From the NCBI GenBank assembly GCA_963746845.1, contig CAVVCZ010000004.1:1350407-1414406 (forward strand): a DNA stretch of 64,000 nucleotides, given 5' to 3'. Shown piece after piece: positions 48,729 through 58,750 of the stretch. A model generated the notes under the pieces. That model saw nothing but the letters and a program-made list of their open reading frames with translations. It ran no database searches and was not told where the DNA came from. The first letter of the stretch is position 1. Every line of letters starts with the position of its first letter. The position numbers were made by a program, and so were the translations under genes. The stretch is from an uncultured Chloroflexia bacterium (GTDB taxonomy: Bacteria > Chloroflexota > Limnocylindria > Limnocylindrales > CSP1-4).

Positions 48729-49583
48729 ATGGACACCCAGACGCTCGTCATCATTGCGGTGGCGATCAACGTCGCCATCGTCGCCGTGGCGATCGTCGTG
48801 CCCTGGTTCCGGGACCGACAGGATCGTGACGCGATCGATGAGGCGACCGACGGCCCGGCCGCGGCACCGGCACCGCGTGTCGCGCCGGCCGTCGTGCCGG
48901 CGTCCCGTCCGGCCGCCCCCGCCCCCGTCGGGCTCGTCGCCGTCTCCTCGGACGACGACCCGCTCGAGGTCGGCGCCCCGTGGATTCCCGAGCGCGACAC
49001 GGGGCGCGGAGCGGGGGTGTCGAACGGCACCGGACAGTTCACGATGGACCCGGCGACGGGGCTCGACCTCGGCGCCGCGTGGACGCGCTGGCTGACCGAG
49101 GAGGACGCCCGGATCCAGCGGTTCCATCGCCCGGCGACGGTCGTCCTCGTGGAGCTGTCGGGGCTCGACCGGCTGGCCGATCGCCTCGGACCCGAGGCGG
49201 CCGCCCGGCTGATCCCGCCGATCGCGACGACCCTGCGCAAGGACGCCCGTGCCACGGATCATCTCGCGCGGCTCAGCGCGACGCGGTTCGCGGCCCTGCT
49301 CCCGGAGACGACCGAGGTCCAGGCGATCAACTATGTCGAGCGGGTCCGGGGCGCCTGCGATCTCTGGCTCGAATCGGGCGCGGTCGCCCTGCGCCTCGCC
49401 CTCGGCTGGGCGGAGATGGGGCCGGATCGAGGCGCCGAGGTCGCCGTCCTCGACGCCGAGCGCCGGCTGTTCGCCGAGCGCGAGAAGGCCCGCCGCCAGC
49501 TCGCGCGGCAGGACGACGACCCGCCGATCGAGATGCCCGTCCTGCAGGGCTCGCCGCCCGCTGCTCGCTCCGCCCAGGCCTGA
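48729..49583 (+). CDS. Membrane-anchored degenerate GGDEF-domain protein
   Basis: N-terminal TM, DPATGL, RATD-HLARL-SATRF in place of RxxD-x5-GGDEF, LLPET. Confidence 0.8.
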   Translation: MDTQTLVIIAVAINVAIVAVAIVVPWFRDRQDRDAIDEATDGPAAAPAPRVAPAVVPASRPAAPAPVGLVAVSSDDDPLEVGAPWIPERDTGRGAGVSNGTGQFTMDPATGLDLGAAWTRWLTEEDARIQRFHRPATVVLVELSGLDRLADRLGPEAAARLIPPIATTLRKDARATDHLARLSATRFAALLPETTEVQAINYVERVRGACDLWLESGAVALRLALGWAEMGPDRGAEVAVLDAERRLFAEREKARRQLARQDDDPPIEMPVLQGSPPAARSAQA

Positions 49584-49768
49584 TCGGCGCCCACATGCGC
49601 CGCCGGAACCGCCGCCGATGGGACCACCGGCGACGCCGAAAGGTACGGACGGCCCGCATCGCGAAGCCGCGCGCGGGCGGAGGATCGCCGCGCGCGGCCC
49701 GACGGCTGACGCCCGTCGATGGACTGTGGCGATCGCGCCGCCGCCATCGCGCGTTCAGAGGCGAACCT

Positions 49769-50383
49769 GTGAATCTGCATTTCGGCCGGACACCCGAGCC
49801 GGGCCCGGCGGACGACTGGACGAACGGCGCGTCGACCGACGCCGCCGAGGCGGCGGATCCGACGCCGGTGGACCCATCGATGCCCCTCGATCCCGAGCCC
49901 GATCCGACGTCGGCCGCGGTCCCGACCGCCCCGAGCGGCTGGAGCGACGCGGCGACGAGCGCCGATGGCCCGCACTACTGGGACCGCCTCCTGTCGAGCG
50001 AGCGTGACCGTGTCCGGCGCTACGGCCGGCCGGCGACGATCGTCTTCCTCGAGCTCACCGACCTGGCCGAGCTCGACGCCCAGTGGGGCGAGGATGTCGC
50101 GGCCCAGACCGTGGTCCGGATCGGCCGATGCGTGATGCAGGAGATCCGCTCCAGCGATCACGCCGCACGGATCGACGTCGCCCGCTTCGCGGTGTTCCTG
50201 CCGGAGACGACGGAGATCGACGCGATCAACTTCGTCGAGCGGGTGCGAACGGCGATCGAGCAGAACCTCGGCGAGATGGCCGGCTCGATCCACCTCGGGA
50301 TCGGCTGGGCCAGCCCGACCGACGGGGATCTCGACGCCGCGCTCGAGGTGGCCGAGCGCCGCCTCGCCGCCGACCTCCTCTAG
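49769..50383 (+). CDS. Degenerate GGDEF-domain protein
   Basis: GTG 49769 after GAGG. RYGRPATIVFLEL, RSSD-HAARI-DVARF, FLPET. Confidence 0.75.
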   Translation: MNLHFGRTPEPGPADDWTNGASTDAAEAADPTPVDPSMPLDPEPDPTSAAVPTAPSGWSDAATSADGPHYWDRLLSSERDRVRRYGRPATIVFLELTDLAELDAQWGEDVAAQTVVRIGRCVMQEIRSSDHAARIDVARFAVFLPETTEIDAINFVERVRTAIEQNLGEMAGSIHLGIGWASPTDGDLDAALEVAERRLAADLL

Positions 50384-50434
50384 GACCCGCGGAGCTCGCG
50401 GCTCCGGGTCCGTCCCGCTGCCGTTGGCCGGGAT

Positions 50435-52249
50435 CTAGGAGCTCGCGGCTCCGATGCCGCGGATCACGTAGCGGGGCACCCAGCCCTCGAGGCCCTCGGG
50501 CGTCCGGATCTGGAAGAACGCCGCGTCCTCGCCGACGACCTCGATCTCGTCCCCGCGGTCGACCCGGCCGAGCTCGGCCGTGCGCACGTCGTCGGGGCCG
50601 GCCGAGACGCGCACCTGGCGGTACCCGATCGTCCCGCGCTGGACGCCCTTCGCCGCGCGCTTCGTGAACTTCATCGCCGGGCGCTTGTTGCTGTAGGCCA
50701 GGGCCGCCCGTGCGGCGGCCGCGGCCGCCAGCGGCCGGTCGTCGTCGACCGTCGCCGGATCGGCGCTCTCGGGCGCCGCCTCGGGCACAGGCGCGGCGGC
50801 GACGGGCTCCGGCGCGGGCGCGACCTCTGGCTCGACCGGTGGGACGATCTCGGGCTCGGCGACCGCCGCCTCGGCGGCCACCGCCGCGGCGACGACCGCT
50901 TCGGTGTCGGCCGGCGCCTCGACGGAGGCCACGGGGTCGACCGGGGCGCCGGCGTCTTCCGCTGGGGCCTCGGCGGCCGGCTCGACCGGCGGGGTGATCT
51001 CGGGCTCGGCGGCGAGGATGGCCTCCGCCGCGGCGACGGCCGCGGCGGCCTCGACGGGCGTCTCGTCGGCGACGGCGACCGGATCGGGCGGTCCGTCCGG
51101 CTCGCCGGCCGCCTCAGCGGGAGCGTCGACGGGCGGGGTCGCGGAAGCCGCCGCCCCGACGGCCTCCGGCTCGAGCACGGCGACGGCGGCTGCGGCACCG
51201 GCCTCGGCCTCCTCGCGGTCCTTGCGGCGACGTCCGGCGGCGAGCATCGCCCGCGGCCCGACGACCTCGGCGAGCGCGGGCCGGCGCATGGCGGCGGCGA
51301 ACACCAGCACGCCGATCGCGGAGGTCAGGGCCCACAGCAGGATCGGCAGGAACGCCTCACGGTCGAACGGCGACGAGGTCAGGGCGGCCGCGGATCCACC
51401 GCCGCCGGGTCCGGCGACCGTGCCCGGGTCGACCGGTCCCGCGCCGCCGCCCCCGCCGAGCGGCCCGTGATCGCCATCGGCCGGCCCGTATGGCCCCAGG
51501 CCGGGAGGCCCGACCGGGGTGATCGGGCCGCCACCGACCGCGACGTTCGAGGCGCTCGGCGCCGGCGACTTCGACGGCGACGGGGCGCTCGTCGGCCTCG
51601 GCGTCGGCCTGGGCGTGGCCTGGGCCGGCTTCGCGGTCGGCTTGGGCGTGGGCTTCGGCGTGGGCCTGGGGGTCGGCCGGGGCGTGGGCTTCGGCGTGGG
51701 CTTGGGAGTCGGCTTGGGCGTGGGCTTGGGAGTCGGCTTCGGGGTCGGCGTCGGCGTGGGGACCGGGGTGGGCGTCGGGACCGTCGAGATCACGATCGTC
51801 CCGTCATTCGAGAGGCAGGCCGGCGGGTTGCCGCCCCACGACACCCGGAACCGGAACGTCCACGTTCCGACGGGCAGCGTGCGCGCGACCTGGTACTTCT
51901 GACCGGTCGTGTTGCTGCCACCGCCGACCGGGTTCATCAGCTGTCCGTTGCCGGTCGTGACCCCCGGGACCTGGAGCCGGACGCTGGTGGGCGTGCGGTT
52001 CTGGGGGTCGGTGTAGATCACCGAGAACGTGATCGTCGTCGCGGTCGTTCCCGAGGCCGGGGAGGCCTGCGGCGAGGTCAGGGTGGCGACCGGGGCCGGG
52101 CCCCCGCAGGGCGCGGCGCTGACCGACTGGATGACGTTGGACTCGGGCAGCCACGCGGGCACGCCGACCCAGCTCGCGGCGACGAGCATCGTCGCGATCA
52201 CGATCAGACGCGCAGTCGTGGACCGCGCACGCAGTGGCTTCTGCATCAT
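50435..52249 (-). CDS. Membrane protein: signal/TM, Ig-like domain, PTPK stalk, TM, low-complexity linker, C-terminal SH3b-like domain
   Basis: [20 protein letters not shown] repeats, [24 protein letters not shown], and C-terminal VSAGP...[13 protein letters not shown]...[12 protein letters not shown]. Confidence 0.75.
   Translation of the reverse strand: MMQKPLRARSTTARLIVIATMLVAASWVGVPAWLPESNVIQSVSAAPCGGPAPVATLTSPQASPASGTTATTITFSVIYTDPQNRTPTSVRLQVPGVTTGNGQLMNPVGGGSNTTGQKYQVARTLPVGTWTFRFRVSWGGNPPACLSNDGTIVISTVPTPTPVPTPTPTPKPTPKPTPKPTPKPTPKPTPRPTPRPTPKPTPKPTAKPAQATPRPTPRPTSAPSPSKSPAPSASNVAVGGGPITPVGPPGLGPYGPADGDHGPLGGGGGAGPVDPGTVAGPGGGGSAAALTSSPFDREAFLPILLWALTSAIGVLVFAAAMRRPALAEVVGPRAMLAAGRRRKDREEAEAGAAAAVAVLEPEAVGAAASATPPVDAPAEAAGEPDGPPDPVAVADETPVEAAAAVAAAEAILAAEPEITPPVEPAAEAPAEDAGAPVDPVASVEAPADTEAVVAAAVAAEAAVAEPEIVPPVEPEVAPAPEPVAAAPVPEAAPESADPATVDDDRPLAAAAAARAALAYSNKRPAMKFTKRAAKGVQRGTIGYRQVRVSAGPDDVRTAELGRVDRGDEIEVVGEDAAFFQIRTPEGLEGWVPRYVIRGIGAASS
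51590..51780 (-). repeat. Coding 12-bp tandem repeats (PTPK/PTPR)
   Basis: Repeated GGCGTGGGCTT(C/G)-like units that translate to PTPKPTPK. Confidence 0.85.
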
Positions 52250-52312
52250 GTCCCGAGCCCACCGAAGACTCCGATCCGACGGTAGATGGCGGGCTTCCGA
52301 GCGTCTTTGGGG

Positions 52313-52339
52313 CCATCGGCAGAGACACCCGGTACTTTC
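52313..52339 (-). promoter_or_regulatory. Possible sigma-28 (FliA/WhiG)-type promoter
   Basis: GAAA-N15-GCCGATGG on the minus strand vs consensus TAAA-N15-GCCGATAA, about 65 nt upstream of ATG 52249. Confidence 0.3.
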
Positions 52340-52407
52340 GGCAGGAGCACAGGGACCCGTTGAGCGCGTAGAAGTGTGGTCCGGAGCACTACGAGGACCA
52401 CGAACCG

Positions 52408-54090
52408 TTGATTGCGCCGAGCCCTGCCGCACCCGTCGCGCGGACCCGGGGCCGTATCCAGTCGATTCGAACCCGGCTCATCCTCGGGTTGCTGCTGCCG
52501 TTCGTCGTGCTCATGGGCGTCTCGACGATCCAGGCGTTCGCCGGCGGGTCGCGTGACGACCGCTTGATGGCCGTCCTCGTCCTGCTCGGCGCGGCGATCG
52601 CGCTGCCGATCGCGATGGCGCTCATCGCCAAGTCCGTCCTGCGTCAGGCCTCCGCGATCGACGCGGAGCGCTCGCTCCTCGTCGAGCTCTACGACCGGGC
52701 GCGGCTCGACGCCCTGATCGACGGGCTCACCGGGCTCGGCAACCACCGGGCGTTCCAGGACGAGCTCGCCCATCAGCTCGATGCGGTCGGCACCCAGTAC
52801 CCGGACCTCGTCCTGCTCCTCGTCGACGTCGACGACCTCAAGACCGTCAACGACAACCGCGGCCACGTCGCGGGCGACGACCTCCTCGTCGCGATGGGCT
52901 GGATCGTGGCCACGAACCTGCGCCGGACCGATCGCGCCTTCCGCGTCGGCGGTGACGAGTTCGCGATCCTGCTGCCGAACGCCGACCTCGAGATGGGGGT
53001 CGCGGTCGCCCGCCGGATCCTCGCCGCGGCCCTCGCGGGCGGCGACCCGAGCGATCCGATCGATCCGTTCTCGCTGTCGATCGGCGTGTCGGCCGTGCCG
53101 GAGCCGACCACCGACGCCCGGCTCCTCTACCGCAACGCCGACGCCGCTCTGTACTGGGGCAAGCGTCACGGCCGGACGGCCGTCGTCGCGTACGACTCAC
53201 GGCTCCACGGCGACGGGTCCGGTCCGAAGCCCGTCGCGGAGCTGGCGGCCGGGATCGAGGCGGTCATCACGTCCCGCGCGATCACGCCCGTCTACCAGCC
53301 GATCTACTCGATGGAGACCGGCCGCCCGATCGGGTACGAGGGCCTCGTCCGACCGACCGAGGAAGCGCCGTTCACCGACGCGGGCTCGATGTTCATGGCG
53401 GCCGAGGCCGCCGGGCGTACCGTCGAGCTCGACCTGCTCTGTCTCGAGATCGTCGCCGCGGGAGTCGGCGAGCTCGAGGAGGGCATCTACATCAGCGTGA
53501 ACCTGTCTCCGCGGACCCTCGAGTCCCCGCTGTTCCGGGCGGGCGAGCTCAAGGCGATCTTCCATCGGAACGGGATCCGCCTGCACCAGGTCGTGCTCGA
53601 GCTGACGGAGCGGGAGCGGGTCGAGGACCTCGACCAGCTCCGGAAGAACGTCAGCGCCTGCCGGCGGGCCGGGATGCGGATCGCCGCGGACGACGTCGGC
53701 GCCGGCAATGCCGGGCTGCGCCTGCTCAGCGAGATCAGCTTCGAGATCGTGAAGATCGACCTGTCGCTCGTCCAGGGCGGCGCGCTCCACGACCCGTCGC
53801 ATGCGGTCCTGCGGGCCCTCCAGGAGCTCGCGACGCAGTGGAAGGCGTCCGTGGTCGCCGAGGGGGTCGAGACCGCGGAGCAGCTGGCGACGATCCGCGA
53901 GGTCGGGATCGGCGCGGGGCAGGGCTACCTGCTCGGGCGGCCGGCCCCGGCGCGGGAGCCGAAGGTGCTCGACCTGGCCGGGCTGGCGGACGCCAGCGAG
54001 GCGAACCAGGCGCGGCTCGGGATCCTCGGCCCGTCCGCGGTGATCGGGCGGGAGAACCTGAGCGGCGACAAGGCCGAGCCCGCGGCCTGA
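52408..54090 (+). CDS. Two-TM GGDEF-EAL diguanylate cyclase/phosphodiesterase
   Basis: [56 protein letters not shown]. Confidence 0.93.
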   Translation: MIAPSPAAPVARTRGRIQSIRTRLILGLLLPFVVLMGVSTIQAFAGGSRDDRLMAVLVLLGAAIALPIAMALIAKSVLRQASAIDAERSLLVELYDRARLDALIDGLTGLGNHRAFQDELAHQLDAVGTQYPDLVLLLVDVDDLKTVNDNRGHVAGDDLLVAMGWIVATNLRRTDRAFRVGGDEFAILLPNADLEMGVAVARRILAAALAGGDPSDPIDPFSLSIGVSAVPEPTTDARLLYRNADAALYWGKRHGRTAVVAYDSRLHGDGSGPKPVAELAAGIEAVITSRAITPVYQPIYSMETGRPIGYEGLVRPTEEAPFTDAGSMFMAAEAAGRTVELDLLCLEIVAAGVGELEEGIYISVNLSPRTLESPLFRAGELKAIFHRNGIRLHQVVLELTERERVEDLDQLRKNVSACRRAGMRIAADDVGAGNAGLRLLSEISFEIVKIDLSLVQGGALHDPSHAVLRALQELATQWKASVVAEGVETAEQLATIREVGIGAGQGYLLGRPAPAREPKVLDLAGLADASEANQARLGILGPSAVIGRENLSGDKAEPAA

Positions 54091-54105
54091 CGGCTCGGCG
54101 CCGTC

Positions 54106-55704
54106 TCAGTCGCGCCCCCGACGCAGGGCCCGGCCGGGCGTCCGGCCCGTGTGCCGGTTGCCGTCGACGACGACGGTCCCGTTGACGATCACCGCCTCCA
54201 CCCCGACCGGGTCGCGTCGCGGGTCGTCGACCGTCGCGTCGCTCCGGATCGTGGCCGGGTCGAAGACGACGAGGTCCGCCGCGGCGCCGTCGCGGATCAC
54301 GCCGCGATCGCGCAGGCCGAGGCGGGCTGCGGCGGCGCTCGTCATCCGGCGGACCGCCTCCTCGAGCCCGAGGATCCCCTCGTCGCGGACGAACTGGCCG
54401 AGGATCCGCGGGTAGCTGCCGTACGTCCGCGGGCTCGGCTTGTCGCCGACGAACGTGCTGTCCGTGCCGACCATCCCGATCGGGTGACGCAGGAACCGCC
54501 GGATCCCGTCCGTGTGCGGCCCCGGCGTCACCTCGTTCGGGCGCAGGTTCTCCTCGAGGAGAAGGTCGCACAGGACGTCGACGGGGTCATCGCCGCGGTC
54601 GTCGATCAGCTCGCCCAGCGGGCGACCCTCCCAGCGCCGGTTCTCCGGCCGGCCGAGCTGCCCGAGCCGGACATCCCGAAGGCCGCCGGCGCCTGCATAC
54701 AGCTGGCCGCGCTTCGTCAGCTCGTCGCGGATCCGCGTCCGGACGGCCCGGTCCGCGAGCCGCTCCTTCGTCCGGGCCGGGCCGCCGTCCTGGACCCAGA
54801 TCGGGATGAGGATCAGGAGCCGCGTGCTCGCCCACTCGTACGGGTAGGCGTCGAACGTCACGTCCTGGCCGGTGGCGCGGGCGTCGTCGACGAGCTCGAG
54901 CATCTGGTCCGGGCTGCCCGGGAACGTGAGCCGGTGGTAGAAGTGGGTGATGTGGGCCGGTGCCCCGCTCCGCCGCCCGATCTCGATCGCCTCCCGGAAG
55001 GGGTCCAGGAAGCGGTCGCCGAGGCTGTACCGGACATGGGTGTGGTACATGCCGCCGAAGGCGCCGGCCTCTTCGGCCAGCGCGGCCAGCTCGTCGGTCG
55101 TCGCGTAGGCACCGGGTGGGTAGTCGAGGCCGCTGCTCAGCCCGAATGCCCCGTCCTGGAGGGCCTCGCGGACGACGGCCCGCTGCCGGGCGATCGCCGC
55201 CGCGTCCGCCGGGCGGTCGTCCCAGCCGAGGGCGGCGATCCGGACCGGCGTGTTGCCGACGAGCGTCGCGACGTTGAGGGCCTTGCCGTCGAGTCGATCG
55301 AGATAGCTCGCGACGCCGGTCCAGTCCCAGCCGATCCCCTCGGGGTCGCCGTCCAGGCCGGCGTTCATCTCGCGCAGCTGCCGGAGGTCGTCCGGCTCCA
55401 GGAACGGCGCGTAGCTCAGCCCGTCCACCCCGACGAGCTCCGTCGTGATGCCCTGGCGGACCTTGGGCTCGTGGCGCGGATCGGCGAGGATCACGAGGCC
55501 GCCGTGCGAATGGAGGTCGATGAACCCGGGCGCGACGACCTTGCCGGTGGCGTCGATCGTGCGGCCGGCGTTCGGCGTTGGGTCGTCCGCGGGGAGGAGC
55601 CGCAGTCTGTCGCCCTGGACCGCCACGCTGCCGGGCCGACCCGGCGCCCCGGTCCCGTCGACGATCGTGCCGCCCCGGATCAGGATGTCGACGCTGTCGG
55701 TCAT
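54106..55704 (-). CDS. N-acyl-D-amino acid deacylase family amidohydrolase
   Basis: IRGGTIVDGTG, PGFIDLHSH, GLSSGLDYPPG, YHTHVR, PRTYGSYPR. Confidence 0.9.
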   Translation of the reverse strand: MTDSVDILIRGGTIVDGTGAPGRPGSVAVQGDRLRLLPADDPTPNAGRTIDATGKVVAPGFIDLHSHGGLVILADPRHEPKVRQGITTELVGVDGLSYAPFLEPDDLRQLREMNAGLDGDPEGIGWDWTGVASYLDRLDGKALNVATLVGNTPVRIAALGWDDRPADAAAIARQRAVVREALQDGAFGLSSGLDYPPGAYATTDELAALAEEAGAFGGMYHTHVRYSLGDRFLDPFREAIEIGRRSGAPAHITHFYHRLTFPGSPDQMLELVDDARATGQDVTFDAYPYEWASTRLLILIPIWVQDGGPARTKERLADRAVRTRIRDELTKRGQLYAGAGGLRDVRLGQLGRPENRRWEGRPLGELIDDRGDDPVDVLCDLLLEENLRPNEVTPGPHTDGIRRFLRHPIGMVGTDSTFVGDKPSPRTYGSYPRILGQFVRDEGILGLEEAVRRMTSAAAARLGLRDRGVIRDGAAADLVVFDPATIRSDATVDDPRRDPVGVEAVIVNGTVVVDGNRHTGRTPGRALRRGRD

Positions 55705-55937
55705 GCTGGGACCCCTCGCGGCCCGGCGGAACCCGGGGTGTGCCAAACGTCGCTCGAGGCCTGGGCGTGGCGCGAGGGATCCATCCGGAGGGCGATCTTC
55801 GGAACACCCGGCGTGCCGGGTGTCGACCGATGGTGCCTGGCGGAGCCACCAGCCCTTCTCCGTTCGACCGTTGGAACATGGTCGGTTCCGCGTTCGGCGG
55901 TGATCGGGAGATGAGCGCCGTCAGTGACACTTCGCCC

Positions 55938-56582
55938 ATGACGACGCGTGAGCGGCCGGCTGATCGCGGGCGACGACGCGCTCGAGAGGACATCCGTCGC
56001 GTGGCGACCGAGGTCCGCCGGTCGCGTGTCGGCGCCGGGCTGAGCCAGCGCACAGTCGGAGCGAGCGTCGGGGTGAGCCACATGACCGTCGGTCGCTTCG
56101 AACGGAACGCGAACGGGCTCACGATCGACGTCATCGGTGGAATCTGCGCTGTTGTCGGGTTGGATCTCGTGATCCGCGCCTACCCAGGCGGGGATGCCCT
56201 CCGCGACGTCGGGCAGCTCCGCCTGCTCGACCGATTGAGCGTTCGGCGGCACCCGACGATCCGGTGGGTCACCGAAGTGCCGTTGCCGATCCCCGGCGAT
56301 CGGCGGGCGTGGGACGCGATGCTCATTGGTGACGGCTGGCGGGTTGCCGTGGAGGCCGAGACCGTCCTCGACGACCTTCAGGCACTGGAGCGGCGACTCG
56401 AGCTCAAGCGTCGGGATGGGGAGGTCGATCACGTCATCCTCCTCGTCTCCGACACTCCACGGAACCGGAACCGCTTTGCGGCGCGACAGGCCTCGCTGAG
56501 CACCGTGCCTCCGGCCGCAGCGGCGATCCTCGAAGCGCTGCGACGCGGGACGAAGCCGCCGAGCGGCACGATCTTCCTCTGA
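55938..56582 (+). CDS. XRE-family HTH protein with C-terminal PD-(D/E)XK-like domain
   Basis: GLSQRTVGASVGVSHMTVGRFE, then TEVPL..GDRRAWDAML...VAVEAET. Alternative ATG at 55911. Confidence 0.7.
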   Translation: MTTRERPADRGRRRAREDIRRVATEVRRSRVGAGLSQRTVGASVGVSHMTVGRFERNANGLTIDVIGGICAVVGLDLVIRAYPGGDALRDVGQLRLLDRLSVRRHPTIRWVTEVPLPIPGDRRAWDAMLIGDGWRVAVEAETVLDDLQALERRLELKRRDGEVDHVILLVSDTPRNRNRFAARQASLSTVPPAAAAILEALRRGTKPPSGTIFL

Positions 56583-56583
56583 T

Positions 56584-57047
56584 TCACGGCCGGGTCTCCG
56601 ACCAGGACTGGAGCTCGAGGCCGTTGCCCTCGGGGTCCGTCACGTAGACGAAGGTGACGAAGCGGCCGTCGGACGTGCCCAGCGTGACGATGTCGCCGAT
56701 CGCGCGACCGCCCTCGGCGAGCACCGGTCGCGGGCGGCCGGCACCGAGGGGACGGCGAAGGCGATGTGCTGGAACCCGGGTCGGTTCATCGCCGGCGGAA
56801 GCCCGTCGGGCATCGAGCCGAACTGGTAGATCTCGAGCGTCGGCCCGTTCGTCCGTGGCCGGGCAGCCGCAGGTGGATGCCTCGCAGCGCGGCGTCGGCG
56901 ATCCCGGTCGCGGTCTCGAGCTCCGCGCCCGTCGTAGTCGCGCTCCGGCGGCACCTCGATGCAGCCGAACAGCCGGATGTAGAAGTCCGCCAGCGCGCGC
57001 CAATCGCGGGCGATGAGATTGACGTGCCCGAACCGCGCGTCGATCAT
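56584..57047 (-). pseudogene. VOC/glyoxalase family gene with three single-base indels (possibly sequencing errors)
   Basis: MIDARFGHVNLIARDW...FGC, then AELETATGIADAALRGIHLRLPG, GPTLEIYQF...GFQHIAFAV and VYVTDPEGNGLELQSW, read across three frames. Confidence 0.7.
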
Positions 57048-58396
57048 GCCGGTCCCTCCAGGCGGCGGCCGCGAACCCATGCCGCGCGGACCATCGACGG
57101 ATCCGCCCGGAAGATCAACCGGCCGACGAGGAGCTCCGGGTCGGCGAGCCGATCCGGGTCGTCGAGGGCCGCCCCGATCGGCGCGGTCCGCGCCGGGTCG
57201 ACGGCGATCAGGTCCGCCTCCTTGCCGAGCTCGATCGATCCGATGCTGCCCTCCAGCCCGAGGGCACGAGCGCCGTCGAGGGTCGCAAGCCGCAGCCAGT
57301 CGAGCGGGCCGAGCGGCGTCGCTCCGGCGTCCCCGACGAGGGCCCGCCGAGCCTGCTGCGCGTAGGCCCCCGTCCGCATGACCCCGAACAAGGACAGCTC
57401 CGCGCCGCCCGACACGTCGGACCCGAGCCCGACCGTCAGGCCCGCGGCGAGCCGCTCGGCGAGCGGCATCACCCCCGCCCCGATGAACAGGTTCGAGGTC
57501 GGGCAGTGGGCGATCCGCGTGCCCGTCTCGGCCAGCCGGGCCTCCTCGCGCGCGGAGAGGTGGATCGCGTGGGCGAGGATCGTCCGCTCGCCGAGCCCGC
57601 CGGCGCGGTCGTAGACGTCGACGTAGTCGCGGGCGTCGGGGAACAGCCGGCCGACCTCGGCGATCTCCGCCGGGTCCTCGGACACGTGGGTCTGCCACCA
57701 GCAGCCGAGCTCCCGAGCCAGGGACGCCGACTCGGCGAGGAGCTCGGCAGTACACGAGACGGCGAACCGCGGCGTGACCGCGTACCCGAGACGGCCGTCC
57801 GCGGCCCCGTGCCAGCGCTCCGCGAGCGCGCGACTCTCGCGCATGGATCGCTCGAGGATCGCCGACGGCTCGATCGTCGGGTCGTAGGTGAGCCGATCCA
57901 TCATCACCTTGCCGAGGATCGCCCGGATCCCGTGCGCCTCGGCCGCCCGGAAGGCCGCTTCCATCGCGGCCTCGTAGACGACGCCGTACGCGACCAGGGT
58001 CGTCGTCCCGGCCGCCGCGAAGGCCCGGAAGATCGCGGGCGAGAGGCGCGCCGCGAGGCCCGAGTCCGCCCAGGCGCGCTCGGTCGGGAAGGTCAGCCGG
58101 TCGAGCCAGTCGAGGAGCGGCAGCGCGTATCCGAGGCCGACATTCGGGACCTGCGGCAGGTGGGCGTGGAGGTCAACGAGTCCCGGCAGGACCACCCAGG
58201 GCCGAAGGTCAACGGCCACCGCGAGACGGTCCGCCTCGGCTGCCGTCACGTCCCCCACCGACGCGATCCGCCCCGCCGCGTCGACCTCGATCATCCCGTC
58301 AGCGATGTCGCGCGTCTGTCCCCCGGGGAGTGGCGTGAGGATCCGGGCCCGCAACGTGAACGGCGGCGCGGCCGGCATCATCGATGGTGGCGTCAT
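57044..58396 (-). CDS. guaD: Guanine deaminase
   Basis: PGLVDLHAHLPQ, LLDWL...TFPTE, AVTPRFAVSC, QTHVSE, HCPTSN, GSDVSGG. Confidence 0.88.
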   Translation of the reverse strand: MTPPSMMPAAPPFTLRARILTPLPGGQTRDIADGMIEVDAAGRIASVGDVTAAEADRLAVAVDLRPWVVLPGLVDLHAHLPQVPNVGLGYALPLLDWLDRLTFPTERAWADSGLAARLSPAIFRAFAAAGTTTLVAYGVVYEAAMEAAFRAAEAHGIRAILGKVMMDRLTYDPTIEPSAILERSMRESRALAERWHGAADGRLGYAVTPRFAVSCTAELLAESASLARELGCWWQTHVSEDPAEIAEVGRLFPDARDYVDVYDRAGGLGERTILAHAIHLSAREEARLAETGTRIAHCPTSNLFIGAGVMPLAERLAAGLTVGLGSDVSGGAELSLFGVMRTGAYAQQARRALVGDAGATPLGPLDWLRLATLDGARALGLEGSIGSIELGKEADLIAVDPARTAPIGAALDDPDRLADPELLVGRLIFRADPSMVRAAWVRGRRLEGPA

Positions 58397-58462
58397 CGCC
58401 CCGATCATAGGTGCCGAACAGGTGGGAACGACGAGCCGGTGCCACGGACAGGCCGCCGAACC

Positions 58463-58744
58463 CTACGGGCGGGAACCCGGCACGAGGCGGACCATGAACC
58501 GGTCGTCGTCCCCGTCGATCGCCTCCACGACCGGGTGATGCGTCTCGAGCAGCCCCGCGGCCTCGTTGAGGTCCCCGTGGGAGACGACCGGGCGATCGCC
58601 CGCGACGAGCAGGGCGGTCAGGTACAGGTCTCGCATGTGGCCCTTCACGTCCGCCCTGACCCGGCCCAGCTCGGGGGCGGTCTCGACGGCCTCGATCCGG
58701 TCGCGCCGAAGCGCACGGGCGCCCGGCACCTCCGGATCGGGCAT
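58463..58744 (-). CDS. Small hypothetical protein (93 aa)
   Basis: ORF starts 6 nt after the binding-protein stop on the same strand, with GC3-rich codons. No family recognised. Confidence 0.5.
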   Translation of the reverse strand: MPDPEVPGARALRRDRIEAVETAPELGRVRADVKGHMRDLYLTALLVAGDRPVVSHGDLNEAAGLLETHHPVVEAIDGDDDRFMVRLVPGSRP

Positions 58745-58750
58745 CGCTGC

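Noticed and set aside
49584-49768. c-di-GMP riboswitch between the two degenerate GGDEF genes
   Set aside because: A GAAA loop is present but the GGCAAA/GACGCAAAG core was not found.
51590-51780. CRISPR-like or non-coding tandem array
   Set aside because: Units are 12 bp, lack spacers and encode in-frame PTPK repeats.
56584-57047. Recoding in the VOC gene
   Set aside because: All three indels sit at short G/C runs and the protein is otherwise intact, typical of read errors or recent decay.
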